64,000 bases of DNA from a virus (lineage: Duplodnaviria > Caudoviricetes): positions 163,619 through 227,618 of IMG/VR virus record IMGVR_UViG_3300028591_000081. One strand, 5' to 3'. The notes beneath the pieces were generated by a model. It searched no databases and was not told the origin of the DNA. It worked only from the letters and a program-made list of their open reading frames with translations. Shown one piece after another: positions 38,120 through 47,050 of the stretch. The position numbers and the translations under genes are program-made. Every line of letters begins with the position of its first letter. Position 1 is the first letter of the stretch.

Positions 38120-38822
38120 GATCTGTTCTCCTCTTGGGTAGCAGGTCGGTAAAATCGGTATGTGTCGCAAAGACCTTGGAACCGTCAGGAAAGGTGAAAG
38201 GGTTCGCCGTCAAACCAGTGTTGTACAGAACCAGAATGTATGACCCCTTACGTAAACCTAAGTAACCACGAAGCTGTAAAAGAGCCTGAAAACATCCCTT
38301 GAAGAACCCGTCCTCATCACTAGGATGCTCAAGCATTTCCTCAAAGAAATCGATCATCATGCAGTAAGGCGATTCAACGGTCGCATACTGTTCTGCAATG
38401 CCAATCATCTCCCTTGCCCATTGCTCAGGATGTTCTCTCAGAAGAACACAGTCCTCAGCCCATGAGAGCATCGTATCTGGATATGATTCCTTCAAATCCC
38501 ATGTCAGAAGAAACTTGAAGAACGAACACCACAGGTAATAGGCCATGTGACATGAATGTTCCTTGGACGGAGATTTGCGCTTCACATACTCCGCAACCGT
38601 CTCGAAGTCTGTTCTGGTATATCGGGCCTCGTGTTCATTGTGGCTGAAGACCAGCTCCATCTCCGGGCACCCCTCAATCACATCCCAATGAACCCTACTC
38701 ACTAGTTCCTTTTGCTCAGGTGCAAAGAACGCCAGATATGAACCCGTATCGCAGGGATTGCACAATTCTTCAATCCTTCTCTGGATTATCTGTTCTCTCA
38801 GCTTCTTTGTCATGCGGGCCAT
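38109..38822 (-). CDS. Hypothetical protein
   Basis: AAGGAG RBS; first gene after the motif promoter. Confidence 0.6.
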   Translation of the reverse strand: MARMTKKLREQIIQRRIEELCNPCDTGSYLAFFAPEQKELVSRVHWDVIEGCPEMELVFSHNEHEARYTRTDFETVAEYVKRKSPSKEHSCHMAYYLWCSFFKFLLTWDLKESYPDTMLSWAEDCVLLREHPEQWAREMIGIAEQYATVESPYCMMIDFFEEMLEHPSDEDGFFKGCFQALLQLRGYLGLRKGSYILVLYNTGLTANPFTFPDGSKVFATHTDFTDLLPKRRTDHAD

Positions 38823-38861
38823 AGATAATCTCCTTAAACCAAAACGCTCAACGCAAAGGAG

Positions 38862-38903
38862 ATTATACCACCGAAAAACTCAACGCATGGATTCAGCACC
38901 ACA
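38862..38903 (-). promoter_or_regulatory. Motif promoter (TGTGGTGCTGAA-N24-TATAAT)
   Basis: Exact box 38892-38903; perfect TGG-TATAAT at 38862-38870. Confidence 0.75.
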
Positions 38904-38910
38904 AACAAAA

Positions 38911-38947
38911 AAGACCTGATGAAGAATGATGAGCTTCATCAGGTCTT
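38911..38947 (-). terminator. Intrinsic terminator
   Basis: 14-bp perfect stem followed by a T-run on the - strand. Confidence 0.75.
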
Positions 38948-39041
38948 AGGCAGTAACGAGTAACGCATAACATGTATATACAGAGAAGAGGATTGAATTA
39001 GCCTACTGCATAAGACATGAGGATAGAATGTGGGGTAAAAG

Positions 39042-39077
39042 AAAGGCCCCAAACACCTTGCGATGTTCAGGGCCTTT
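39042..39077 (-). terminator. Terminator after the major capsid gene
   Basis: AAAGGCCC..GGGCCTTT plus T-run. Confidence 0.65.
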
Positions 39078-39110
39078 GGTAACGAAGACGCTAGGTTCAG
39101 CAGAAAGCTC

Positions 39111-40580
39111 TTAGTAACCCTTGATCTCACCACGGACAAGCAGTTCAGGACGAACCAGCTTGTACCCCCAGTAGCTAATAAAGCCGGATTCTACCTTGAA
39201 GGTGTCGTGGGTGAGCCAGTCGGTGTGCATGATCGGCAGATAGTCAGCGACCAGAGCCGAAGCATTCATCAGGGTCGATTTGTGGCCGACGAGGAACTCA
39301 TTCTCACGCAGGTACGGCGAGCAGATAATCTTGAGGTTGTTATCAAGGATACCTGCGACATACGGACCCTGCGGAGCTTCCACGTAGTTGGGTTCGAAGC
39401 GGGGGCGACCGACATTCATAAGGATGTTGAGGCCATGGGTACCGACGACGGCCCAGTTACCACGGAAGTTCTGGCTACGCTGGAAGATGGTGGTAGCGGC
39501 GGCATTGAGGCAACCGATGAAGCTCTCATCATGCTCACGCTGGGAGATGTAGTTCGTATTGGTACGATCCCACATCGTCTTGTTACCGGCCTGACGCAGA
39601 AGGTTGTCGATAACCTCATTGTCACGTTCCTGTTTCATCTCCATCGTACACTGATCGATAAGTGTCTTCTGGATGTCGATGCCGAAGCTGTTCTGATACA
39701 TGTAACCTGCATCGAAGCTGTACTCGACACGGAGCTTGTGAGGCATGGCCTGAATCGGCTCGACGCGCTGAACGAGACGTACACGACCGCTCAGAGCCGG
39801 GGCACTGGAGAGATCCTGCGTGTAGTCAACATAGACAGAGGTAAGAGCGGCAAAGTCGCTACCGGCCTGAGCCGTGAACTTGACGAGACCGCTTTCGGGA
39901 TCGACTTCAACAGGATCTGTACTTGTGTCGAGAAGGTCATTGCCGACAGCATAGTTGTGCGTGTCGAGTGCCTTGAGTTCATAGCTGTTTGCACCTGTGC
40001 GACGGAGGATGAATCGCGTACCGCTGTTGGCCGCATCCGTGAAGATGACGCCATTATCGGCATCAATCAGCATAGGCATGTGGGAGCAATGCAGTTCGAC
40101 TTTGCCACCGGCGACAGAGGCGGGTTCGCCACTGATACGGCCCGAAGCATAACGATTGCGGGAACGATAGTTCTGGGAGGCACCGAGATCATTGATCATC
40201 ACGTTGCCACGGACATTGTCGCCACGCGTGTCGCCATACTCGCTCTGGAAGAACACCACCTGACCCATCGGGCTGTCGATGGCCTGAACCCAGACGAGGT
40301 CTTCAAGGATCGAGGAAGCGGCCATACGGGCGGTCATGTTGATCATGTGCTGGGGGAACCAAGCGATGTTCTGCGGCTGAGAGATACCACCACGGATAAC
40401 GCTCTCATTCGCCTGACGACGCTGGGTGCCGTCCTGCAAGACGTTTGCGGCATTGTTCAGAGTGAGGAGGAAAGTTTTTTCCTGATCGTCACTCATGTCA
40501 CGTACTTTACGCACGGACTCCAATGCGTCCTTGAACTGGGTTTTCAAAAGTTTGAAGTCTTCGGTTGTAAGCATAGCCAT
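39111..40580 (-). CDS. Major capsid protein (T4 gp23-like)
   Basis: LVWVQAIDSPMGQVVFF, AMPHKLRVEYS..FGIDIQKTL..EMKQERDNEVI, RGNWAVVG, FLVGHK; predicted propeptide cleavage RRQANE59|S. Confidence 0.9.
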   Translation of the reverse strand: MAMLTTEDFKLLKTQFKDALESVRKVRDMSDDQEKTFLLTLNNAANVLQDGTQRRQANESVIRGGISQPQNIAWFPQHMINMTARMAASSILEDLVWVQAIDSPMGQVVFFQSEYGDTRGDNVRGNVMINDLGASQNYRSRNRYASGRISGEPASVAGGKVELHCSHMPMLIDADNGVIFTDAANSGTRFILRRTGANSYELKALDTHNYAVGNDLLDTSTDPVEVDPESGLVKFTAQAGSDFAALTSVYVDYTQDLSSAPALSGRVRLVQRVEPIQAMPHKLRVEYSFDAGYMYQNSFGIDIQKTLIDQCTMEMKQERDNEVIDNLLRQAGNKTMWDRTNTNYISQREHDESFIGCLNAAATTIFQRSQNFRGNWAVVGTHGLNILMNVGRPRFEPNYVEAPQGPYVAGILDNNLKIICSPYLRENEFLVGHKSTLMNASALVADYLPIMHTDWLTHDTFKVESGFISYWGYKLVRPELLVRGEIKGY

Positions 40581-40596
40581 ACTGATTTCTCCTTTG

Positions 40597-42189
40597 TTAT
40601 TTCCTTTCACCGGTAAGGAACACACCCCGCTTTGGGGCTAAATCGTGAACATCACGCTCAAAGTTAGATATACTGCGTATGCGACGTTCGATAACCCTTT
40701 CATCCTCATTGATATTCTGACTACTACGGCTATTGCCCATCAGTTTATCCATACGCTCGCTCCTGATTCCCTGCGATTCCGCCTTCTGTTTCCATCTGGC
40801 GACACATTCTTTTACGTTGACGTGTTTACGGGAGTCCGAAACATCAACACCATTCACTTCCTCTGTATTAGATACATTGGAAGATTTGAGTAGAGACTCG
40901 ACCTTGTACCGTCTTGGTTCACGGCGTAACGTGGTCTTGGAAAGAAGTTCATCCACATTCACCACACGGGATTTCTGGGTACGACCTTCAAGGACTGCTT
41001 CCCTTCCATTATGGATACGGCCAGACTGAACCGACTCATTGCGAAGGGGTCTGGAAGTTACATGATAGTGGTTCTCTTCCACGGTCTTCGTCAGTCGGTT
41101 CATTCTGGAAACCATTCTGTCCAAGCGTTTGGAAAGCTCGTCAGCCTCACAAGCAAGACGGGAAAAGCTCTCCAGATACCGCGCCTGATAGATACCCTTG
41201 GCGATTCCATGCTTGAGGCTCTCATTCTGTACCTTCACGGCATCCTTTGCAGAAACGGCAATCTCCAGCTCACTGTGCAAACGTTCACACTCACTCTTGT
41301 AATAATCGAGATCTGCTAGAGCTTTTGCATACGCTACATTCTCGGAATTCAACTCTTCCTGAACCTTTGTATCAGGAACAGATTTACCCGATTTGTTTGT
41401 GGACTGCATGACTTCTTCCACGGAGATTCGTTTGGATTCGAGTTTCCGTCCGGTAGTCTGCTTGTTTATACCCTTACTGCGTAAGACAGCGGACAGTGCG
41501 TCATCATCGGTACGTTTGGTAAGCTCCTCCACCATTTCGTGCATACGGCTCTCGAATGCAGGAATTTTCAGGGCGTTCAGTGCCGCGACATTATTCTTGA
41601 GTTCGCTGGTCGTCATGGAAGAAAGCGATTTGCTTTCCTGCACCTTTTCCAGATGAGCGCATTTGAACCCGGGGTCTGGAACGGCATCGAACGTGATGAG
41701 ATCATACTCAGTCTCGCTCATAATCTCTGTGTTGCCTTCCATCTTGCTTTCGGCGAGGGCGCGGGCAGAGATGCCGATTTTTGAACCGTAACGGATAAGG
41801 GAATCGAGAATGCGACCGACCGGAGTGTCAAGGATTGCGAATCGACCGTAAACAAGGTGGTCAGAATTTTCAGGAATCCATATTTTCTCGACGCAGAGAC
41901 CTACCTCTGGGTAAGAAATGTCTATACGGGTTTCGGGATGTCCTCCTTCGCCCAACATACACTTGTTCTTGATGGCTTCCTGAACGGGCTTGTAATTGAT
42001 GATTCTGTCTTCAATCAACTTGCGGGAATAGATGCGGTTGTTCTGATTGACGCGACCGAACTCCATGCAGGGGCCTTCAACAATGCACAGGGCAGAGGAA
42101 TTTTTATTTCCGGCTTCGTCAACACGTCGCATTTCGCTCACAAGCGATTCAGAAACAATATGCTTGCCTGTTTCAACATGTGTCGTCAT
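40597..42189 (-). CDS. Prohead core protease (gp21-like) fused to a C-terminal scaffold-like region
   Basis: NQNNRIYS, LGEGGHP, ILDTPVGRIL, GISARA, YDLITFDAVPDPGF; ~340-aa coiled-coil tail rich in xE|S sites. Confidence 0.9.
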   Translation of the reverse strand: MTTHVETGKHIVSESLVSEMRRVDEAGNKNSSALCIVEGPCMEFGRVNQNNRIYSRKLIEDRIINYKPVQEAIKNKCMLGEGGHPETRIDISYPEVGLCVEKIWIPENSDHLVYGRFAILDTPVGRILDSLIRYGSKIGISARALAESKMEGNTEIMSETEYDLITFDAVPDPGFKCAHLEKVQESKSLSSMTTSELKNNVAALNALKIPAFESRMHEMVEELTKRTDDDALSAVLRSKGINKQTTGRKLESKRISVEEVMQSTNKSGKSVPDTKVQEELNSENVAYAKALADLDYYKSECERLHSELEIAVSAKDAVKVQNESLKHGIAKGIYQARYLESFSRLACEADELSKRLDRMVSRMNRLTKTVEENHYHVTSRPLRNESVQSGRIHNGREAVLEGRTQKSRVVNVDELLSKTTLRREPRRYKVESLLKSSNVSNTEEVNGVDVSDSRKHVNVKECVARWKQKAESQGIRSERMDKLMGNSRSSQNINEDERVIERRIRSISNFERDVHDLAPKRGVFLTGERK

Positions 42190-42294
42190 GGTGCGTCTCC
42201 ATTTTCTATGAACTACCGAAAAGCATACAAAGGATTTCGGCTACTTCCTATTCGATATTCTATGCCATACGGCATCATGTGGTTTTGATACCGT

Positions 42295-43650
42295 TCATTT
42301 TACCACTGCATCCAACATTTTGTTCAGAAGGGAGGCAACCACTTCGATATAATCCCTCTGCAAGAAGGTGAATGCATAATAGAACGCCTGATTGTTAGCA
42401 CTGTGGGTAAGGTCAGCAAAGTTCACGGTACTCTGGAAATGAACCTTTCGTACCGACATCGTGACTTTCCCTGTCTGATTGAAATCCTTTATCGGAGTGT
42501 AATGCGCATAGGACAAAACATTTGACCAAGAGAATTCCAAATCAATCGGGTAGGCATAAGACAGGTCTCTGAAGTAATGACTGACGGACACCTTGATATT
42601 GCAGGACGTGGCATTTGTCGGATAGCTCTTCTGCTTCAACTGTTCCTCAATCGCATCCGCAAGAGCGTTATTGGCTTTTTCCTGTTCTCTGGACAGGTGA
42701 TGTTTCTTTGAGGCGTCACGAATCAGTTTGTCCAGCCGATCCTTAGACCCCTTGATGAACCACGTCTTGAAAGCATCCACGGACATTTTCTCCAATTTGG
42801 AGACATTGGCGGATTCTGCATTATTCACCATATAGGTCTTTAGGTATGACCAGAAGTCGTCCTGATCATAGGCGTCCAAGGCTCGGATGACGTTTGGGAG
42901 TTCCGTAGAAAAGTCCCAAGTTACTGCCTGTTTACGGAAGTTCGGGGAGACATCGTACACCAAGTCCTTTATGGCCCCCACCTGCCATGCATTGAACTCC
43001 GTATCCACCCAGAGGCAGTACAGAAGGTACAAGGCTTTTGAGAACATCTCCTTGTCCTTGGTATCCTCCAAAGGACGCATGTTCTTGGCCTGACCTATAC
43101 GCATGTCGTCCTGACTCATCGGGGAATCCCCTTCCCAGTGCAATTCGTCGAAGGCATGAACCATCTCATGCTGGAGAGTGTCCAAGGCCGCCCTGTCCAC
43201 ATCACTACCCCGGGTACTGAAGTAGGTGTCGAAATCAGAGGTGCGAATTTTAACCACGACATTACGTGATGCACAGAACCCTTCTGAGGATATAAGGGTT
43301 TCCCATCTCAAGAAGTGATCTTTGAGTTGAAGTGTGGCCAGAACCTTATCCCAGTAATCCTCAATTTCCGCATCGCTGGCCTTTGGATTTTTACTGGTGA
43401 GGTCGTAATCCGAGAGAAGGACGAAGTACACGGACACTCTGTTGTAGGTGTTTTTGCCTTTCTTCACACGGTCTGGAACATCATCCACGGATTCGAGGAA
43501 GTAACTCGAATCTGCAACCCAACATCCGTCAGAAGGGTATTTGTCTTCACGGTATAAATTTTCCAAGGTGGCTTTTGCCGAATAGTACAAAGCCTTCAGA
43601 CCGGCCAAGTCGTACTGAATACCGAACTTCTCAGGTACGAATCTCAACAT
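42295..43650 (-). CDS. Zincin-like metallopeptidase
   Basis: TLQHEMVHAFD (HEXXH) with downstream DTEFNAW; short leader MLRFVPE|K. Confidence 0.65.
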   Translation of the reverse strand: MLRFVPEKFGIQYDLAGLKALYYSAKATLENLYREDKYPSDGCWVADSSYFLESVDDVPDRVKKGKNTYNRVSVYFVLLSDYDLTSKNPKASDAEIEDYWDKVLATLQLKDHFLRWETLISSEGFCASRNVVVKIRTSDFDTYFSTRGSDVDRAALDTLQHEMVHAFDELHWEGDSPMSQDDMRIGQAKNMRPLEDTKDKEMFSKALYLLYCLWVDTEFNAWQVGAIKDLVYDVSPNFRKQAVTWDFSTELPNVIRALDAYDQDDFWSYLKTYMVNNAESANVSKLEKMSVDAFKTWFIKGSKDRLDKLIRDASKKHHLSREQEKANNALADAIEEQLKQKSYPTNATSCNIKVSVSHYFRDLSYAYPIDLEFSWSNVLSYAHYTPIKDFNQTGKVTMSVRKVHFQSTVNFADLTHSANNQAFYYAFTFLQRDYIEVVASLLNKMLDAVVK

Positions 43651-43740
43651 AGAACCTCTCTCCTACGACATTCCAAACAAAACAAAGACAATGAAATTCG
43701 ATAGTTGGGAGTTTCTGACGTAACGTAAAGGTGAAAACAA

Positions 43741-43769
43741 AAAAGGCACCACAAAACGTGATGCCTTTT
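43741..43769 (-). terminator. Intrinsic terminator
   Basis: AAAAGGCA..TGCCTTTT. Confidence 0.65.
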
Positions 43770-43797
43770 CTAATCAGGTTTGGAATGGCCTAAAAGC

Positions 43798-44229
43798 CTA
43801 ACGCACAGACTTACGACGCGGGCGACGTGTTTTACGGCATTCATCGGCGTCATGTGGGTCAAGCCAGACCAAGTCATGGAAAAGTTTCTCGGCGTCGGGC
43901 TGTTCACCTGTATCGAAAACTTCCCCGGCTTTGAAGCTACCGTCTTTCTGTTCAATCATAAGCTGTTGCGACATGAAACGACCGTCAGGAACAACCTTGG
44001 TGTAGATGACGCATGTATCCTCGTTCTCGTTGGAGATTTCCATGAATCCCATATCATTGATCCAAATGTCGCAATAGACGCCCTGCTCTTCCAGCATTGC
44101 TTCAATATCCGTGGCAAACGAGTACCACAGATTGTGAGAATCGTCTGCCACGGATTCCACCTTTCGGGATTTCTGGAAACGTTCCAAGCGGGCCGATTTA
44201 ATGTTTCTGTTAAGTTTACGAATCGTCAT
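43798..44229 (-). CDS. Putative internal head protein (single acidic module between basic leader and tail)
   Basis: MTIRKLNRNIKSARLERFQKSRKVE|SV ... DE|CRKTRRPRRKSVR. Confidence 0.65.
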   Translation of the reverse strand: MTIRKLNRNIKSARLERFQKSRKVESVADDSHNLWYSFATDIEAMLEEQGVYCDIWINDMGFMEISNENEDTCVIYTKVVPDGRFMSQQLMIEQKDGSFKAGEVFDTGEQPDAEKLFHDLVWLDPHDADECRKTRRPRRKSVR

Positions 44230-44244
44230 AGTGCCTCCACAAGA

Positions 44245-45597
44245 TTACATGGTGTGAATGATGTCGATGATGATGCTTTCGGCGAGGTCTGAAACGTTAT
44301 CGAAGTCTGCCGTATCGTAGACCCCCATACTCTGGTTGGTGTCTGCGTAGAGAACTTCAACGCTGTCCCAGATATCGACCTTGAACTTGAGGTAATTGCG
44401 AATTGTCAGTATGCCTAGATGGTCTGTCACCATCTTATAGGAACAAACGTAACGAGGATTCACATTGAATCGACGTTTATTACGATTGAATGCCTCCACG
44501 AGAGCTGGCATCAACTCCTCGTAATCGACACCATAAGACTCATTCTTTCGACGAAAACGAGAGACACGGCGAAGAGCTTCCTTCTTTTTGGTCTTAGCCA
44601 GTTGCTTATCGACCAAGGTGATGATTCCGTCGGCCAGCTTGTCAAACTCAGGGGCATCGACATCCACATTCACCGTGATGGAATTGTTATCGTCGTCAGT
44701 AACCTTTGCCTTGTCCTTGCTGTAATCGAGCTGAATCTGAACAGCTTCAGTCTCGCCGGATTTCGGATAAATTACGACCGTAGCCGTACCATTGTCCGTA
44801 ACAAGGATCTCGACCTGACCGCCTTTGTAGTAGGCCGTGAGTTCTGCGTCCACCGCCTTCATGGTATCTGTAAATCCTCCAGTATAATCAGTCTTTACCG
44901 ATTCTTTCTGGAACACGCTCTCACGCTTCTGGAAACGGAAACCGCGACGCTCTACTTTGTGAGATTGGAGGTTATTCAAGATGCGCCACTGAACAGGTTT
45001 TTTCAAAGCAGACAGTTTGAAGGTCTTACCCTGTTCCGTAGAGATAACCACATCCCGGCCATCTTTTTCAATCGTCGTGATGTCATAATAGCGTCCCCAC
45101 ACATCATCCTGCATGTATATGTGCTTTTTGGTGATGTCCACAGAACCTCCGTTGCGATCAAGAACCCCATTGATATAAGCAATGGCATCCTTCAGAGAAT
45201 CGAAATTCTCCGAACTTTCCATATCCGGAAGCACCTTGCCTTTGGTACGTTTGGATGGAACACCTTTCACATAGTACCATTTACGGCTGTCTTTGTCGTA
45301 CAGGTACATATACTCAATAGACTCTTCATGCATCTGGTAGAAGGCTTCGTGAATCGTCTTCACATTATCGATCTTCACGCTAGGTTCATACTCCTGAGAG
45401 AACGTGCAGGTGTCGATTTCAGGATGAAGCGCGGACAGATTTCCCTTCTTCAAGAGGGCACGGATAGTCCGTTCGTCGTTGTAGTAGTTGATGAGGTCTG
45501 CACCTACCCACTCAAGATACCCATCATTGTGGCAGTAAATGTACTCGGCGGACTGTTCTTTGCCGTCGTAGATTCCGATAAAACTTCTTGTGGCCAT
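44245..45597 (-). CDS. Putative internal head polyprotein; N-terminal conserved phage domain (TRS..YCHNDGY)
   Basis: Linkers KVE|RRGFRFQKRE|SVFQKE|S and KKE|ALRRVSRFRRKNE|SY. Confidence 0.6.
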   Translation of the reverse strand: MATRSFIGIYDGKEQSAEYIYCHNDGYLEWVGADLINYYNDERTIRALLKKGNLSALHPEIDTCTFSQEYEPSVKIDNVKTIHEAFYQMHEESIEYMYLYDKDSRKWYYVKGVPSKRTKGKVLPDMESSENFDSLKDAIAYINGVLDRNGGSVDITKKHIYMQDDVWGRYYDITTIEKDGRDVVISTEQGKTFKLSALKKPVQWRILNNLQSHKVERRGFRFQKRESVFQKESVKTDYTGGFTDTMKAVDAELTAYYKGGQVEILVTDNGTATVVIYPKSGETEAVQIQLDYSKDKAKVTDDDNNSITVNVDVDAPEFDKLADGIITLVDKQLAKTKKKEALRRVSRFRRKNESYGVDYEELMPALVEAFNRNKRRFNVNPRYVCSYKMVTDHLGILTIRNYLKFKVDIWDSVEVLYADTNQSMGVYDTADFDNVSDLAESIIIDIIHTM

Positions 45598-45623
45598 AAA
45601 ACTCTCTCCAAACGTAATCGTTT

Positions 45624-46961
45624 CTATTCCTCGGAATAGAAATCTTCAAGGTAATCTTTCAAAGCGTCCGCAGGTACCGTGGTGTCTGCAACGACAACCA
45701 CATTCTCGTACACATCCGTTACCGACACATGATTCCCATACACGCTGATACGTATGCAAAGCACTTCCTCATCCTTTGTCGATCCTTCGTAATCATACGA
45801 TCCGTAAAGGATGTAGTCATGCGCTTCCGTTTCGATATCCACCTTTGCCCGGGCTTCCTTGGCAGGAAGGCTATGCTCAAGGAAATCAAGCATTATTCTC
45901 TTGATGTCGCTGACCGTATCGGCAGTGTCCATGATCTTTTCATTTTTAGAAGCCTTGCGAGACGCAGACTTCCGTTCAACAATACGACAAGCCAAGCTGA
46001 GAGGAATTTTCGACAAAGTTTCTTTGGTATAGAGAACACGTCCAGTCTTACGGAAGCTCTCATCGCGCTCATACGGATTGTAATCGAGATCGTTGTTCAC
46101 GCGCTCAACCATGAAATCCTCGGCAACCTGTCTCCAAGCCATATCCCACATCTTGCCTGTATGGTTTCTTGGATGGAACCATTCCCGAATCTGGATGGCA
46201 TAAACGGAACGCAGGGATGAGAAGGTGTCCGGCCCGCCAATCTGCGTAACGGTATTGGAATCTTTGTCCACATCATACACAGGGGACTTCTTGGCCAGCG
46301 CATTCTGCTGAGGATCCTGTGAATTGAACATCACCATACACTGCGATGTGATCTGCAAAGGTTCGGCGGCCATGTCCAAATCCTGACCTGACTTACCCAT
46401 CGCTGTGAGCATGATTTCCTCACACAACTCACGAACCGTTCCGTTATCGTTCAGCTTGAAGTCCTGCACCTTTACGTCAATGTCGCCTTTGACATCCTCC
46501 CCATTGTCGGCCTTGATGTACTCAAAGATGTCCGACAGAACGGCATCCGGGTCTTCACGAAAATACGTGCTGAGAACCTGATTGATGTCATCATCCGTAA
46601 TCGAGATGTGAGATGCCAGAATTTTTGCAGGATCGCTCTTGTCCGATCTAGGATCATCCGAAATGACAAGAATCGTCGGGTACAGCATCGAACTGCCGTC
46701 TTTCTCAGTAGCCGTAAAGACGAAACGGAAGTGATTGGGGTTCTTTAACGCCTTACGCACATCCGCCTCGTCTCCAGCCTTCGCGAGATCTTCCAGAACG
46801 GACTTGCTGGGATAGAACACCTGATAGGGAGCTTTTTTCAGAATATCAGCCAATGCCTTTGCGACCATCCAGAAGGTTCCTGTATGGCTCTCTTTGACCA
46901 GACCTTTCAGACTGGCAGGAATCTTAGAGGATTCCACTGTGTATTTAATGTTCAGACTCAT
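45624..46961 (-). CDS. Putative internal head polyprotein
   Basis: MSLNIKYTVE|SS (GGAG RBS); linker DE|SFRKTGR..RKSASRKASKNE|K before an acidic C-terminal module. Confidence 0.55.
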   Translation of the reverse strand: MSLNIKYTVESSKIPASLKGLVKESHTGTFWMVAKALADILKKAPYQVFYPSKSVLEDLAKAGDEADVRKALKNPNHFRFVFTATEKDGSSMLYPTILVISDDPRSDKSDPAKILASHISITDDDINQVLSTYFREDPDAVLSDIFEYIKADNGEDVKGDIDVKVQDFKLNDNGTVRELCEEIMLTAMGKSGQDLDMAAEPLQITSQCMVMFNSQDPQQNALAKKSPVYDVDKDSNTVTQIGGPDTFSSLRSVYAIQIREWFHPRNHTGKMWDMAWRQVAEDFMVERVNNDLDYNPYERDESFRKTGRVLYTKETLSKIPLSLACRIVERKSASRKASKNEKIMDTADTVSDIKRIMLDFLEHSLPAKEARAKVDIETEAHDYILYGSYDYEGSTKDEEVLCIRISVYGNHVSVTDVYENVVVVADTTVPADALKDYLEDFYSEE

Positions 46962-47050
46962 CTGCATGTCTCCAAGTAATTGATTTAGATTAGACGCAGT
47001 AATACGCCGATACCGTCTCATTATTTGATTGATTTGGTTACTGGTGAAGA

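Noticed and set aside
39063-40616. 517-aa + strand ORF antisense to the major capsid gene
   Set aside because: Shadow ORF: it mirrors the MCP, whose biased codon usage suppresses antisense stops; no RBS or recognisable motifs.
43741-43769. TGTGGTGC partial promoter box on the - strand
   Set aside because: It lacks the TGA ending and a -10 at 24-25 nt; it is explained as part of a terminator hairpin.
44419-45639. 406-aa antisense ORF (likewise 8567..9604 and 50703..51461)
   Set aside because: Each overlaps a well-supported - strand gene almost completely and reads as typical antisense shadow sequence.
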